A stretch of 62,406 bases of DNA, the filler included, from Basidiobolus ranarum (lineage: Eukaryota): assembly GCA_040143965.1 (NCBI GenBank). It is 30 parts of 30 records of this genome, joined end to end, with 100 filler letters (N's around TTAATTAATTAA, not from the genome) between each part and the next. Parts side by side here need not be neighbours in the genome. Positions count along the whole stretch, not along the records: positions 10,460 to 12,450 come from JASJQH010003968.1; positions 12,551 to 14,540 come from JASJQH010003969.1; positions 14,641 to 16,630 come from JASJQH010003970.1; positions 16,731 to 18,719 come from JASJQH010003971.1; positions 18,820 to 20,807 come from JASJQH010003972.1; positions 20,908 to 22,894 come from JASJQH010003973.1; positions 22,995 to 24,981 come from JASJQH010003974.1; 23 more parts are not named here. One strand, written 5' to 3'. A program made the position numbers and the translations under genes. Below the pieces are notes generated by a model. That model made no database searches. It was not told the DNA's origin and worked only from the letters and a program-made list of their open reading frames with translations. Shown here piece after piece: positions 11,230 through 23,680 of this stretch (position 1 is its first letter; the number at the start of each line of letters is the position of its first letter).

Positions 11230-12450
11230 GGTGGCTAGCAAGGAAATTCTGATGCCTTATTAAGACATCAACCTGAAGACCCATTGGTAAATTCAATCAA
11301 GAAATTATATAGTAATTGTGCTTGGGTGAAGACTCCAAGAAATCAGCCCCATGACCTCCTGCAGCCACTTCCAATTCCTGATCAGCAGTAGGAAGCCATA
11401 TCCCTGGATTTCATAACTGATCTACCTTTGTCTGCCAAATATGATTCAATTCCAGTAATTGTGGACTATCTAACAAGGATGGCCCACTTTGTGCCCTGCA
11501 ACAAGTCAATTGATGCAAAACAAACAGCAGAATTGGTAGCTCCAAAGATCTTCCACCTACTTGAACTCCCTGAAACTGTCATCTCTGACCAAGGACCGCA
11601 GTTTGCTTCCAAATTTTGTAAATGTCTTCTCCAAACCTTTGGTATTTCTGCCAATTTCTCCACTGCCTTCCATCCCCAATCAGATGGCCAAACAGAAAGA
11701 GTCAATCCAGTTTTGGAACAATTTTGGCAATGCTCTATCAACTATAATCAGGATAATTGGACTCAACTCTTGCTCCTTGCCAAATGTGTTTACAACAACA
11801 CTTATTTTACCTTGACAAAACAAACTCCTTTCTTTGCAAATTATGGATTTCATCCTTGTTTCACAACCACCCACCATCCAATCAACCTTGCCCTGCTGCC
11901 TCAGACCATGCCACTTTCCGTAAGGACATTCATAAACAATTAATATCCAAGTTGGAGCATGCTCAATCCCAATACAAGAACTTAGCTGATGAGAAAAGAA
12001 AGCCAAGCTCAGATCTCAAGCTAGGAGATTATGTTTGGCTACTCCGGAAAAATATCAAAACCACTAGACCTTGTGAGAAATTTGATCATATAATACTAGG
12101 GCTTTTTAAGATTATTAAGCAAACCAATTCAGTAGCCTTACGCCTTGAACTCCCAGCCAATTTCAAAGTCCACAATGTATTTCATGTGTTTCTCTTAGAG
12201 CCACAGGCCAGAAACACCTTCCAGGGCCAATCCATTGACCCACCCCCAGCAATCCAAGTGGAAGAACACCTGCAATAAGAAGTTAGCAAAATCCTAGATT
12301 CCAGAACTTACTGACTTAAGTATCAGTATTTGGTGGACTGGAAGGGATACTCAACAATGATCAATCATCGGAGTCAGCAATAAATATTTCCAATTCCCAC
12401 AAACTTTGCCAGGAATTTCATGAAGCCTACCCAGAAAAACCTGGCCCTAT
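11230..12450 (+). mobile_element. Gypsy integrase with C-terminal chromodomain, decayed
   Basis: SLDFITDLP, ISDQGPQF, FHPQSDGQTERVN, VHNVFHV, then EVSKILDS...YLVDWKGY...EFH..YP.KP. Confidence 0.93.
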
Positions 12451-13429
12451 NNNNNNNNNNNNNNNNNNNNNNNNNNNNNNNNNNNNNNNNNNNNTTAATT
12501 AATTAANNNNNNNNNNNNNNNNNNNNNNNNNNNNNNNNNNNNNNNNNNNNCTAAAGGTTCCTCAGTACTCTTCTTCCCAGATCTCATATTTCTCTGACAC
12601 CCAGTTGAACATGAATTTGAATTTTCATGCTGCCAATTCATTATATTTTAAAGCTGATATGATAATCCTCTTTATTCCCTATTGGGGATCTTATATGTGA
12701 ACAGACCATCAGATTGATGAAATTCAGATTCAGTCAACTCCAAAAACGGTAAAGCCAATTGTAGCTACATATAGTGCGCATGGTCCAAAGTCCAAGCTTA
12801 ATCACCAAAAGTTCACATGCACTTGTCCATGATACATGGGTAACCAATAGAGCACCACGGGACAATATAACATTCACAAAATCAACCCTAACCTTGACCA
12901 ATGTTTTCAGTAAAACAAAATTACCTAGTTTACAGTTTACTTTAATATTACCTGATTAAATGTTCGGAGTCAGTTATCAATCATAGTAAGGAATTAGCTC
13001 GGGTTTGTTCTACAGTTGAGTATGAGAATATTGTCGAACAGACACAGTATTACAGATGAAAAATATTTCAGCTAATGTAAGCAAAGTTTTTGTCACTCAA
13101 AAGAGAGTAAAAATCTCACTTTTCTTTCTTTGTTATTGCAACATATACACTATAACTGATGTGAGTATCATAGTGAGAAAGTGACACCCAATATAGGTAT
13201 CCCATACATGTAAGGTAAATATAAAATTGCGAGTGAGCAGGGTTGTCTTTAAACTCAACTCATTTAGTATATGATCAGAATTTTTGGGTAAGCTAATGAT
13301 TTTCTTACCTAAACGGTAATACCCAAATGGTAATCATATAGTCAATATTGTGGCTGTTGCTCCATTTGCGATAGATCACACTCTTCATTGTGTTAATGTT
13401 GCATTCAATACAAAACAGTAGTTCATGAA

Positions 13430-14226
13430 ATGAATCAACGCGAAGGAAAACAGCAGCAAAAAGAGTTCACAAAATATATCCATTCAGAAGGAGAGTATAA
13501 AATGATTTGTCTTCTCCGTTGGTACAAGCATGGTCATTACTATTCTCGTCAACTCAATGTAAATCTTTGGAGATAGAAACATTCAACCATATAGTATTAA
13601 TCAATTCTCTTGAATAGAATTACGGATTTGGCAGAGTTTCTGATCAGCGTAGAACAAAGCAGAGTGTTGATACATCCTCGATAGTCTACTCACATCGATA
13701 CTTCAAGCGAGATCAACCAGATTCCTTGCACCTTATTCAACGCATATCGGGACCATACTCTAAAGCGAGAAACCAGGTCTCAATTCAAGGGAAAACTAAA
13801 GATATCAGACCGAAATTACTACCTTCGCCACTCTCACCGGCATTAACTCCCACTTCGCTTGTAAGTTTATACTCAATATCTCAAGATCAATGTAATTCAA
13901 TATGCACCAAAGATACAGTAGTGGACTGTTCGAGTTGTACGGCACTTAAACACGAAGTAGCCGCTTTGAGAAAGACGATTGAATATTACAAGTCCTTAGT
14001 AGAGAATTCAGTAAAGCATATCAATATTCCCTCAAATGACGAAGAAGTTTGTGCCATTGATAAATCACAATCCTTAATTCCTTCTTTCACCGTGCTTGTC
14101 TCGCCAGAAAATAGCTTACTTGGTTTATGGGCTAATTCTAATCCCAATGTATATTCTTATTTCTGCCCATATCCTTCATCTATGGACGATAATGAATGGT
14201 TTCCCAAGATTGGCAGTAATAGATGA
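13430..14226 (+). CDS. Divergent HSF-type DNA-binding-domain protein (exons 13430-13558 and 13618-14226; start uncertain)
   Basis: Spliced reading WYKHGHYYSRQLN|NYGFGRV...YSHRYFKRDQPDSLHLIQR; 59-bp GT..AG intron right after RQLN; downstream coiled-coil-like LKHEVAALRKTIEYYK; CpG retained. Confidence 0.65.
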
Positions 14227-14640
14227 ATATTACTGTGAAGTACACTTACCACTCTTTCGAACCAATTTAGTGCAGATAAACCGAGTCACCATTGACGAGG
14301 CGGTTCAGTATGAGATTTGCCCTCATTATATTTGTTAACAGTTCATGCTCTGTAGACACTAATAAATCAATTTGTTTGCGGAACTAGATATTATTTTGAA
14401 TTGTATTTATAGCCATCATGACCAAGTACCTGTCCTGATTCTCTTTTTATGGCTATTTACCTGCATTATGCGAGATAAAAAATAAAGGAACAATTTGTTT
14501 TGTTTTTACAATATTGAATTCCTCCGTTTCTTCTTCTTAGNNNNNNNNNNNNNNNNNNNNNNNNNNNNNNNNNNNNNNNNNNNNTTAATTAATTAANNNN
14601 NNNNNNNNNNNNNNNNNNNNNNNNNNNNNNNNNNNNNNNN

Positions 14641-14858
14641 TTGCAAAAATTGCTGGTTATTGAATAACGCATGCCAAATTTGAGGATCAATATTTTAACA
14701 TGTATGAATACCGTTAAGATACCATCAAGAAACCACCATCACATCATCAAAATCCCTGGCAGAATGTAAGCCAACAATATTGTGACGGTTCTCTGACGGT
14801 TTTGCTATTTTGGAGGGTGGATCCAATCCAGATCAAATTGATTTTATTTTTGTTAGGG
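14641..14858 (+). mobile_element. CMC/CACTA terminus with subterminal repeats; TIR reads 5'-CCCTAACAAAA on the minus strand
   Basis: Similarity to other copies stops sharply at TTTGTTAGGG here and at 23680, 39989, 40975 and 46325. Confidence 0.85.
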
Positions 14859-14859
14859 T

Positions 14860-15925
14860 GTAATATGCAGATATGCAGCACATTTGGTAGCATTTTGACA
14901 AATAGTTAGTAATCAAATATATTCATATATTTTCTACACTTGCTGCTATAATCTTTAACAAAGTGAGTTAAATTCACTACTATTTACAATATAAGTTGTT
15001 ACATACCATCATCTTCACCTTCTACTTGCAATAACTCATAAGCCTTACAAGAGATGTGAGTTCAAATACCAGAGAAAAATTAGTTAAATTCTCATATGAT
15101 CCTACTTTCCCTTAAATATCTGTCATAAATGGTAAAGAAAATTAACTCTCAACTGCAAAACATTAATTTATAGCTAACCTGATATATTGCGGCAAGTACC
15201 CAATTTTCTATTTGGTGTTGGTTAAATATCCTTGCAAAATCATCTTATTTAATTCATGATCCCCATTGCAGGGTGCAATAAAACACTTTGATTTATTCAT
15301 TATATTCTGAAAAGATTTAAACACTCTTTTAGAGAACATTAAGGCTCTTCATGAAGAGTAAAATTTCCCTTAACAAATTGTGACTATGAACATTATTCTA
15401 AAATCAAGCTGACATGTTGATATAATCTTGGCACTTTTCCCCCAATATTCAATATGGTAAGATTGCTATATATACTGTACTGCCTCATACATATATGTTC
15501 CACAAACATGTGTTTATTCTCACACCTACTCACCATAACTAGATGCTCAGCTTGGCCACACATCAGCCAATTATTCTGCCATAAAATCCCTGTGATAAAT
15601 TGAATTAATGTCCTCTTGGACTGATATTTGTGTATAACACTTCATAAAAGATAAAACATTTGTAATAGATCCAATAAAATTCTGTACATAATTTGACCTA
15701 ATTGCTCTTGGGTGAAAATGAAAGTTAGCCTTGCAACTCTAACCGTACTAAACAACAAATTCAATTGGTACATATGGTAGCCAGGTCTATGATGTCCTGA
15801 TTTATATTGCACACCAATTGTGATATGCCATGCCCATAGCAAAATGCATCATGTTCTGCTAAACCTTTTACATGATCTTCTATGCACCTCCAAACTGTTT
15901 CTATAGCCAACTTGGTTGTAGTGGC
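14860..15925 (-). mobile_element. Highly decayed DNA transposase, possibly hAT
   Basis: FCYGHGISQLVCN resembles the hAT CxxH..L motif; many stops; CpG-poor. Confidence 0.3.
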
Positions 15926-15954
15926 TGTCACAATAAGGAGCTGGACAAGGACTG

Positions 15955-16536
15955 AGTTCACTAACTGTACTTTGCCTCAAAGTTTTGGTAACACTGCCAA
16001 ACGTCAAGACACCATGGAGTTACCACAGTTATACAACCAGAAAAAATGAAGGTAGGAATGCAACTTTGGTCAAACCAGAAAGTCAGACAACTTTGAGGAC
16101 TTGCTGCTAGATGTTGACCTTGGTTATTCCAGTACCAATGGTAATATATCAGAAGTTAAAGAAGAAGACAATGGTTTTATTATGGACTCTTTGTTATTGG
16201 CAAACATTAGTCCACTCATAACACTTACTGTAAAGGAAGCAGCTTTGATTATTGAGGAGTGGAGAGTTCAATCTAATCTTAGCAACCAGATGTTTATTGG
16301 TTTTCTTACACTTTTACCATAGTTGAAAGACAACTGTTGCTTGCCACAGACCTGGTAAAAGTGGAAAGCATTTGTTAATTATATAACTGATAATCCTTCA
16401 GTAATTAAACTACCTTCATGTCCAAATGGTTGTTTGGCTTTCACTGGTGATCTGAAAAATCTAAAGTTATGCACTGTCTGCACACAATTAGCAATCATTG
16501 AATCAGGTAAATATCATTCATATTTGGCTTACATAC
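15955..16536 (+). mobile_element. CMC/CACTA transposase N-terminal region, decayed
   Basis: Close match to 6320-6900. Confidence 0.85.
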
Positions 16537-16630
16537 TGTCACAATAAGGAATTGGACAAAGACTGGAAACAACAACAAGAGGCTAGAAGGCAGCAGAGTA
16601 CTTGGGTGTAGACCACAAGACAAGACAAGA
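16537..16630. mobile_element. Family G LTR, truncated by contig end
   Basis: Matches 4911-5000. Confidence 0.88.
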
Positions 16631-16730
16631 NNNNNNNNNNNNNNNNNNNNNNNNNNNNNNNNNNNNNNNNNNNNTTAATTAATTAANNNNNNNNNNNNNN
16701 NNNNNNNNNNNNNNNNNNNNNNNNNNNNNN

Positions 16731-17278
16731 GGATAGCTTCTGGTGGTCCCTTTGGCTTTATTTCTTCTTCTGCAGCAAATTCCCAAGGGTCCTTGTCTTC
16801 TAGCACCATTTGCATCTTGAACTTCCATAGGTGAAAGTCTTGACCATTAAGCTTTTTGGTGGATGCAAAAATGTTGGTCATAGTACTAGTAGACTTTGCT
16901 TTACCAACTAGCCTGGGGCACATAGCCTGGTAAACGTTTTTAGAGGATTTGCAGTGTTTTGGATAAGATTTGGATATGTCAATTAGGCACTTAAGTTTGA
17001 TTGAATTGCATATGACCTATTTATAGTTTACCATGAAATTGAACTTGTGGATGTGCTAAGATCATAGCAAACATTTCCTATTGAGCATGCGTGAAAGTTA
17101 GAGGTGATTTGCAGAAGTTTTGCAAAAATAGTGAAAATGGCAAAAGTAATCCAATTGATTTGTCTATCAATTTGAGCAATAAACTCACATTTTTGAGTAG
17201 CAGAACTGAGTGCTAAATCAGCAGTATATGAGCACACTAAGTACTAAAAAATGAGTTGCCATTTACCTAATTTCCATA
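16731..17278 (-). mobile_element. Copia family B 5' LTR (16928-17278), PBS (16913-16927) and gag start
   Basis: LTR ends TTTACCA, followed by GGCTATGTGCCCCAG and KLNGQDFHLWKFKMQMVLEDKD (Copia gag N-terminus). Confidence 0.88.
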
Positions 17279-18220
17279 ATTTTGCATTTCACAGATCATA
17301 CCAAGGTGTTTTGGGTCCACATATCCATTTGAATGATCTATTTTCTATTTACTGACAAATCAGAGTGTTTTGGGTTTTCAAATTGATTTGGTTGCTCCAT
17401 AGGTTTCTCTCCTTCTGCATTTATACTCAGAAAAGCAGTTTTTACATATGATTTAAATTATGGTTATGGATAACTGAGAGTGCCAGGATTGGTCTAATGG
17501 AGCAAAACCTATGTGAGGGAGGAAAAGTTTCACTGAATTCAACCTGAAATCTGGATGAAACTGTTTCCAACTAACCTTGCTTTTACCTTTCTATGGTTTC
17601 ATCAGGTTGATTTTTTACTTTTTATATTTATTTGCAACCTATAAGCTTGCTCCCTGATGGTAGAGAACTTAAAATCCAGATTTTATAGTTCTGAACTTAA
17701 GAAAACTCATCTGACATTCCTTTTTCCCATAATTTTGATTCTGGACATTCCAGAACTTGATCTAGAGTGTGTGGCTGGTCACAGAATGCTGCATAAGCTT
17801 AGGCCTCATCATTGGAGGGTTTCTGCAGATTCCCAGGCTGATTTCTCCTTCTGGATGATGTTTTATATCCTGAATCATCCTCTGAAGTACTTGGGCTAGA
17901 ATTTGATTGATTTAGACTCAGATGCAGCTGGAATTCTGTCAGACACTTGCTGAATAGTGCTATTGAGTATTGAGATAAAGAACTGTGATTTGAGTAAATA
18001 ACTTGCTTTATGAGCAGAAATCACATCTCTATGCTTGATTAGCTTCTGATTTTGGTATTCAACAGTCCGTGGGCCTTAGATCCAACACCAAAACACAAAA
18101 TATGTACTTTCTACTTTTGGTTTCTGATTTAGAGCATTTTTGCACTGGAATATGGTAATATGGTGTGAAACCAGAGATCTTGAGATGATACACACTGGGT
18201 TTTGATCCAAATGGGGTTTT
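17279..18220 (-). mobile_element. Copia integrase C-terminus to RT start (family D), decayed
   Basis: Homologous to 21230-22110(-) and 44320-44850(-); LVGNSFIQISG/ETFPP remnants of the Copia RT start. Confidence 0.8.
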
Positions 18221-18719
18221 TGTTGAAATTAGATAAATAGCAACTCATTATTTAGTAGTTAGTTTATTCATATTCTGATTATTTAGCACCCAATTCTGTC
18301 ATTCAAAGGCATGTGTTTATTGCTCTAATTGATAGAAATATCAATTAGATCACTTTTACCAATTTTCACTATTTTCTCAAAACCTCTCCAAATCATCTCA
18401 AATTTTCACCCATGCTTAACAGGCATGTTTGTTATGACCTAAGCATGTCCAATAGTCCTATTTCATAGTAAACTATAAATAGAACATATTCAATTCAGTA
18501 AAACTCAAGTGTCTAATTCAAAATCTAAATCTTGTCCAAAACACTTCCAAATCCCCTAAACACTTTTATAAGGTTATGTGCCACAAGCTAGCTGTTTAAG
18601 GAATGTCAACCAGTACTAATACTAATGTTTTTGCATTCCCAGAGGAGTTTGAAGGTGAAGATTTTCACCTTTGGGAGTTCAAGATGCAAATGGTGCTAGA
18701 TGACAAGAACCTTAGGGGA
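18221..18719 (+). mobile_element. Copia family B 5' LTR (18221-18571), PBS and gag start
   Basis: TGTTGAAATTAG start; GGTTATGTGCCACAAG at 18572; EDFHLWEFKMQMVLDDK. Confidence 0.88.
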
Positions 18720-18819
18720 NNNNNNNNNNNNNNNNNNNNNNNNNNNNNNNNNNNNNNNNNNNNTTAATTAATTAANNNNNNNNNNNNNNNNNNNNNNNNN
18801 NNNNNNNNNNNNNNNNNNN

Positions 18820-20807
18820 CAATAGCTCTATTACAGCAAACAAATAAGTATCCTTTTGTAGATATCCCGTCCTCAAGATCTCTTCCCCAATTTGCATCTG
18901 AATATCCCATCAGATAAAAGTTTGATCCAGAATATGTGTATTTTAAGCACAGATCCACAGTACCTCTCAAATATCTGAAAATCTGCTTAACAGCTATGAT
19001 TTGATCAGATCCACAGATTTGAAGATGTTGGAACATACCTCCCAAAGAATATGCAATATCTGGCCAAGTTCCAACCATGATATACATCAAACTACCAAAA
19101 TAGAATGATAAGGAAATTTCTGGCTTTCATTTGAATCCAAAAACATCTGATTTAAGCCGTTTTTGATCAAGTTAAGATTTGTCCCCATTGGGGTAGATAC
19201 TGCATTACATTCTTCCATTTTAAACTTCTTTAGTGTATCCAGGATATACTTAGACTGGTTTAAAGTTATTGTTTCTGTAGTTCTATCTATCTTAATTTGG
19301 ATTCCAAGATAGAACATCAGTTCACCAAGATCAGTCATTTTGAATTTGGCAGAGAAGCTTGATTTAGTTTTCTCCAAAGTCTTCCTGTCATTAGTTGCTA
19401 TAAAAAATTCATCTACACATAAGGCTAATAAAACTGTGTTTGTCTTATTTTGCTTGAAGTAGATACTATAGTTGGCATTACTCTTTTGGAATTTAAGTGT
19501 GTCCAAAAAAGCATCTCTGTTGCTATTCCAAGCTCTTGGAGATTGTTTTAAGCCATAGAGTGTTTTCCGGAGTCTGCAAACTTTTTTTTGGGTCCACAAA
19601 TACATCTGACTGGTCCATATCAATCTCCTCAGCAAGCTGACCATTCAAAATAGCAGTTTTAACATGTATTTGATGTATAATAAACCGAAATTTAGTTGAA
19701 ATCACTAAAATCAATCTGATTGAATTAAACTTTGTTACAGGAGCAAAAGCTTATGTATAATCTACTTTTGGTGCTTGGGAATATCCTATGACTATTAGTC
19801 TGGCCTTGTACCTTCCTATATTGCCATCAGAGTTGTATTTAACTTGAAACAGCCATTGGCTGCCAATTTGATTTTCTATCATCAGGTAAGTTGGTTAAAA
19901 TCCAATGTTGATCATCAAGCAAAGCCTGGTACTCAGCAGCCATTGCAGATCTCCAAAATTTTGTGTGAGGGCCATTCAGAGCCTCTTTTACAGTCTGGGG
20001 TTCATGTATTTGAGCTGTGCAGGCATAGGCTCAATTTTGTGACTCATTTATATTGCAATCCGGGCCATTTCTGATCCAATTAGATCTCCTGGTTTGGATT
20101 GAAGGTACTACAACTTGTTGCATGGTATTGGGCACTTCAGTAGGCAAAATATTGATTGAAGGGTCCACAGGAATGCTACTTTTTTCATTGTTTTGGTTTG
20201 AATCAATATGAATGATTGGATCAGGAGAAAATTGATTTTTGTCATCATCTGAGATCATTTGGGTGAAAATGTTTCATTTTGATTAACTAAAACATCCTTG
20301 GACTTGTTTAACTTGGAAATTTAGGTATCATAGAGTCTGTAGGCCTTAGATTGAGTATAATAGCCAAAAAATATGCATTTATTACTTTTTGGATCAAATT
20401 TAGAACAATTTTTGGTCATAATTTTGATATAAGCAATGCATTCAAATATCCTCAAATACTTACATCAGGTTTATCTCCAAGCCATGCTTGATATGGTGTA
20501 GAATCAGACAGACTACTAGTAAAACTCCTATTTTTCATATACACAGCTGTAGTAACAGATTGCACCCCAAAGTTATAAGATAAATTTTGTGCATTTATCA
20601 TAGATCCTGCCATTTCTATTATAGTCCTGTTTGCTCTTTCAGCAACTCCATTTTGTAGAGGTGAATATGGGGCAGTAGTTTGTTGCTTCATTCCATAAAC
20701 TTTGCAAAATTGCTTAAATAGTGTTGAAGCAGATTCTTCATATTATCAGTATGTATTTTCTTGATTTTAGTTCCAGTTTCAGTCTCCACAAGTGTTTTAA
20801 AATCTCT
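18820..20807 (-). mobile_element. Copia family A integrase, RT and RNase H start, decayed
   Basis: TAPYSPLQNGVAERANRT, LYGLKQSPRAWN, GYSDANWG. Confidence 0.95.
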
Positions 20808-20907
20808 NNNNNNNNNNNNNNNNNNNNNNNNNNNNNNNNNNNNNNNNNNNNTTAATTAATTAANNNNNNNNNNNNNNNNNNNNNNNNNNNNNNNNNNNNN
20901 NNNNNNN

Positions 20908-21166
20908 TTTATAGTTTACTATGAAATAGGACTATTGGACGTGCTTAGATCATAACAAACATGCCTGTTAAGCATGGGTGAAAATTTGAGGTGATTTGGA
21001 GAAGTTTTGAGAAAATAGGGAAAATTGGTAAAAGTGATCTAATTGATATTTCTATCAATTAGAGCAATAAACACACGTTTTTGAATGACAGAATTGAGTA
21101 ATAAATAATCAGAATATGAATAAACTAACTACTAAATAATGAGTTGCTATTTACCTAATTTCAACA
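20908..21166 (-). mobile_element. Copia family B LTR (partial)
   Basis: Reverse complement of ~18221-18480. Confidence 0.88.
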
Positions 21167-22660
21167 CTAAATAGGTATCTATCTTGTTGTGCCATGCAGT
21201 GAGAGCTTGCTTGAGGCCATATAGCAATTTTTGCAGTTTACAGACCAAATCAGGGTTGTTTTGGGTCAACAAATTCATCTGGTTGCTCCATATAGTTCTC
21301 TTCCTCAAGATTTCCATTGAGGGAGGCTGTTTTTACATCTATTTGAAGTAAATCAAGGTTATGGATTGCTGAAAGTGCCAGGATTGATCTAATGCAGCTA
21401 AACTCTGTTACTGGAGCAAAAGTTTCATTAAAATCAACTCTTGAAGTCTGGGAATGACCTTTTGCTACTACTCTTACTTTTTATCTTTCCATGGTTCCCT
21501 CAGCTTAGTTTTAAATGTGTAGACCCATTTTCAAACTATTTGTTTTTTCTCCTTGATGATACAGGACTTAAAACCCATTTTATTTTCCAGAAATAAATAT
21601 AACTCATCTTACATTGCATTTTTCCATAATTTTGATTCTGGGCAATCTGGAGCTTAATCTAGAGGCTGTGTTTTGCCACAGAATGCTGCATAAGCATATT
21701 TATCATGATTGAGAGTGTGCAACCAGTCTCCTTGCTTATTTCTCCTTATGGATGATCTTCTGGGTCCTGAATCATCTTCTGATGTAATTGGGACTGGAAG
21801 TTTGGTAGAATAGGGCTCAGATGCAGCTGGAATGTTTTCAAACACATCCTGAATAGTGCTAATTATGTTTTCTGGATCAAGAGCTGTGATTTGAGATGAA
21901 AAGTATGCTTTTCACCAAACAAAAACATCTCTGCACTACATTCACCTCTAATTTTCAGTATCAAACACTCTATAGGCCTTAGATCCATCACAGTAACCAA
22001 AAAGTATGCGAATACTGCTTTTTGGTTCCAAATTAGATCGTTTTTGAGCTGGAATAAGGCAATATGCTGCGCAGCCAAAATTGTGTGATGATCCACACTG
22101 GGTTTTGATCCATATAGGTCTTCAAATGGAGCAGAATTTGGTAGCAATTTTGTAGGGCATCTGTTTTTGATATATAGACCTCAGTGGAGACTGATTCAGC
22201 CCAATATTGATGATCTAACTTTTGATCGTGTCATACTGATCTGGCCATACCCACTATGGTCCTTTTGGCATATTCTGTAACTTGAATTTGCTCTGGAGTA
22301 TTAGGTATAGTAGCTTTTTGCTTAGTTCCATATTTAAAACAATAACTAGCAAAGTCTTTAAAGCAGTATCCTTCACCGTTATCACTGCATAGTGTCCTTT
22401 TTTTTGTTCTGATTCCTTTTCAACCATTGCTTTGTAGTGCTTGAATATAGCTAAGGCTTCAGATTTTGATTTGAGAAAGAATACCCAAGTACATCATGTT
22501 TGTCATCAACAAAGGTCTTGAAGTAACTTTTCCCACTTAGTGAGGCTTTCTCATGAGCCCACATAGGTCAGAATTTAATCAAGCCAAAATTCAGGGTGGA
22601 TTTATCTCTCCAGAGCTTGAAAGCAGCTGTATCTGATGTTTTCTATATACGCATCCTTCA
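21167..22660 (-). mobile_element. Copia family D integrase to RT, decayed
   Basis: Integrase remnants (HVGS..ASLSGKSYF.TFVD, D.EGYC), VAKGHSQTSRVDFNETFAP, LLYGLKQ. Confidence 0.85.
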
Positions 22661-22994
22661 CTCAGAAAGAAGTACTGAAGAAGCAAGAAGTTAGTAAACT
22701 CAAGGGAAAAGCAGAGGAGCTAGTGAGTTTAGGCTCTACTGTACCACTTACCAAATTCTTCACAGCATTACAAAGATCTGCATTTCCAGAGTCAGATATA
22801 CTGGCAAAAAAGCTTAATTTCACCATGGAACCGGGTACACCAGTTGGAAGAGTGCTAAATTTGGAAGTTTATCCAACACCTGGCACCTCTCAACNNNNNN
22901 NNNNNNNNNNNNNNNNNNNNNNNNNNNNNNNNNNNNNNTTAATTAATTAANNNNNNNNNNNNNNNNNNNNNNNNNNNNNNNNNNNNNNNNNNNN

Positions 22995-23680
22995 GCTATG
23001 CGAGAGTGTTATAGTGCCATTAATATACTTGATGTGGGATTGAGTGAAATGCCATGTAAGACTGGACTGAGGGAGCAGCATGTTGCTGTGGCTCAAGTAC
23101 AGCATTCTGAAGGTCTTGTATCATTGATGAGTGACTCTCTAAATGTTTACTAGCAGCTTCTAAAAGCTGCATTAATTGCTATATTGTAACATTATTACTT
23201 GTCATGGCCTGTATAGCAACTTTTTAGTTTTTGCTTACGAACATATACAAATCATTATGGTATTTAGCTTGTATTCCCTTGTTCTAATTATTATATCCAA
23301 TGTTTCTGCACAAGGTTACTCAATATTGGGCAAAGTAGCCATTTTGGAAGTTAATGGTCTTGATCATGCTTTGGTGGAACTTTGCCCAACTTACTATGAA
23401 ATTGAGGGATTAAAATTTCTTAACTTGCACTATGGCCAGAAAGGAATACATCTGGTAAATTGATTAATGCTGGATCATTACTTGAGTTAGTTTCTGGCAT
23501 ATTAATGCCTTCCAAAGTGGATTGTTAGACTGCTCATCAATTGAGTCTTATGTTATGCCATGATACCATCAAAATCCCTGGCAGACTGCAAGCAACAAAT
23601 ATTGCAACAGTTCTCTGACAGTTTTGTGATTAAGGAGGATAGATCCAATCTGGATCAAATAGATTTTAGTTTTGTTAGGG
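22995..23680. mobile_element. Rearranged CMC/CACTA copy: ORF2 (minus) joined to a terminus
   Basis: 22995-23540 matches ORF2; 23560-23680 matches the subterminal region and TIR. Confidence 0.75.
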
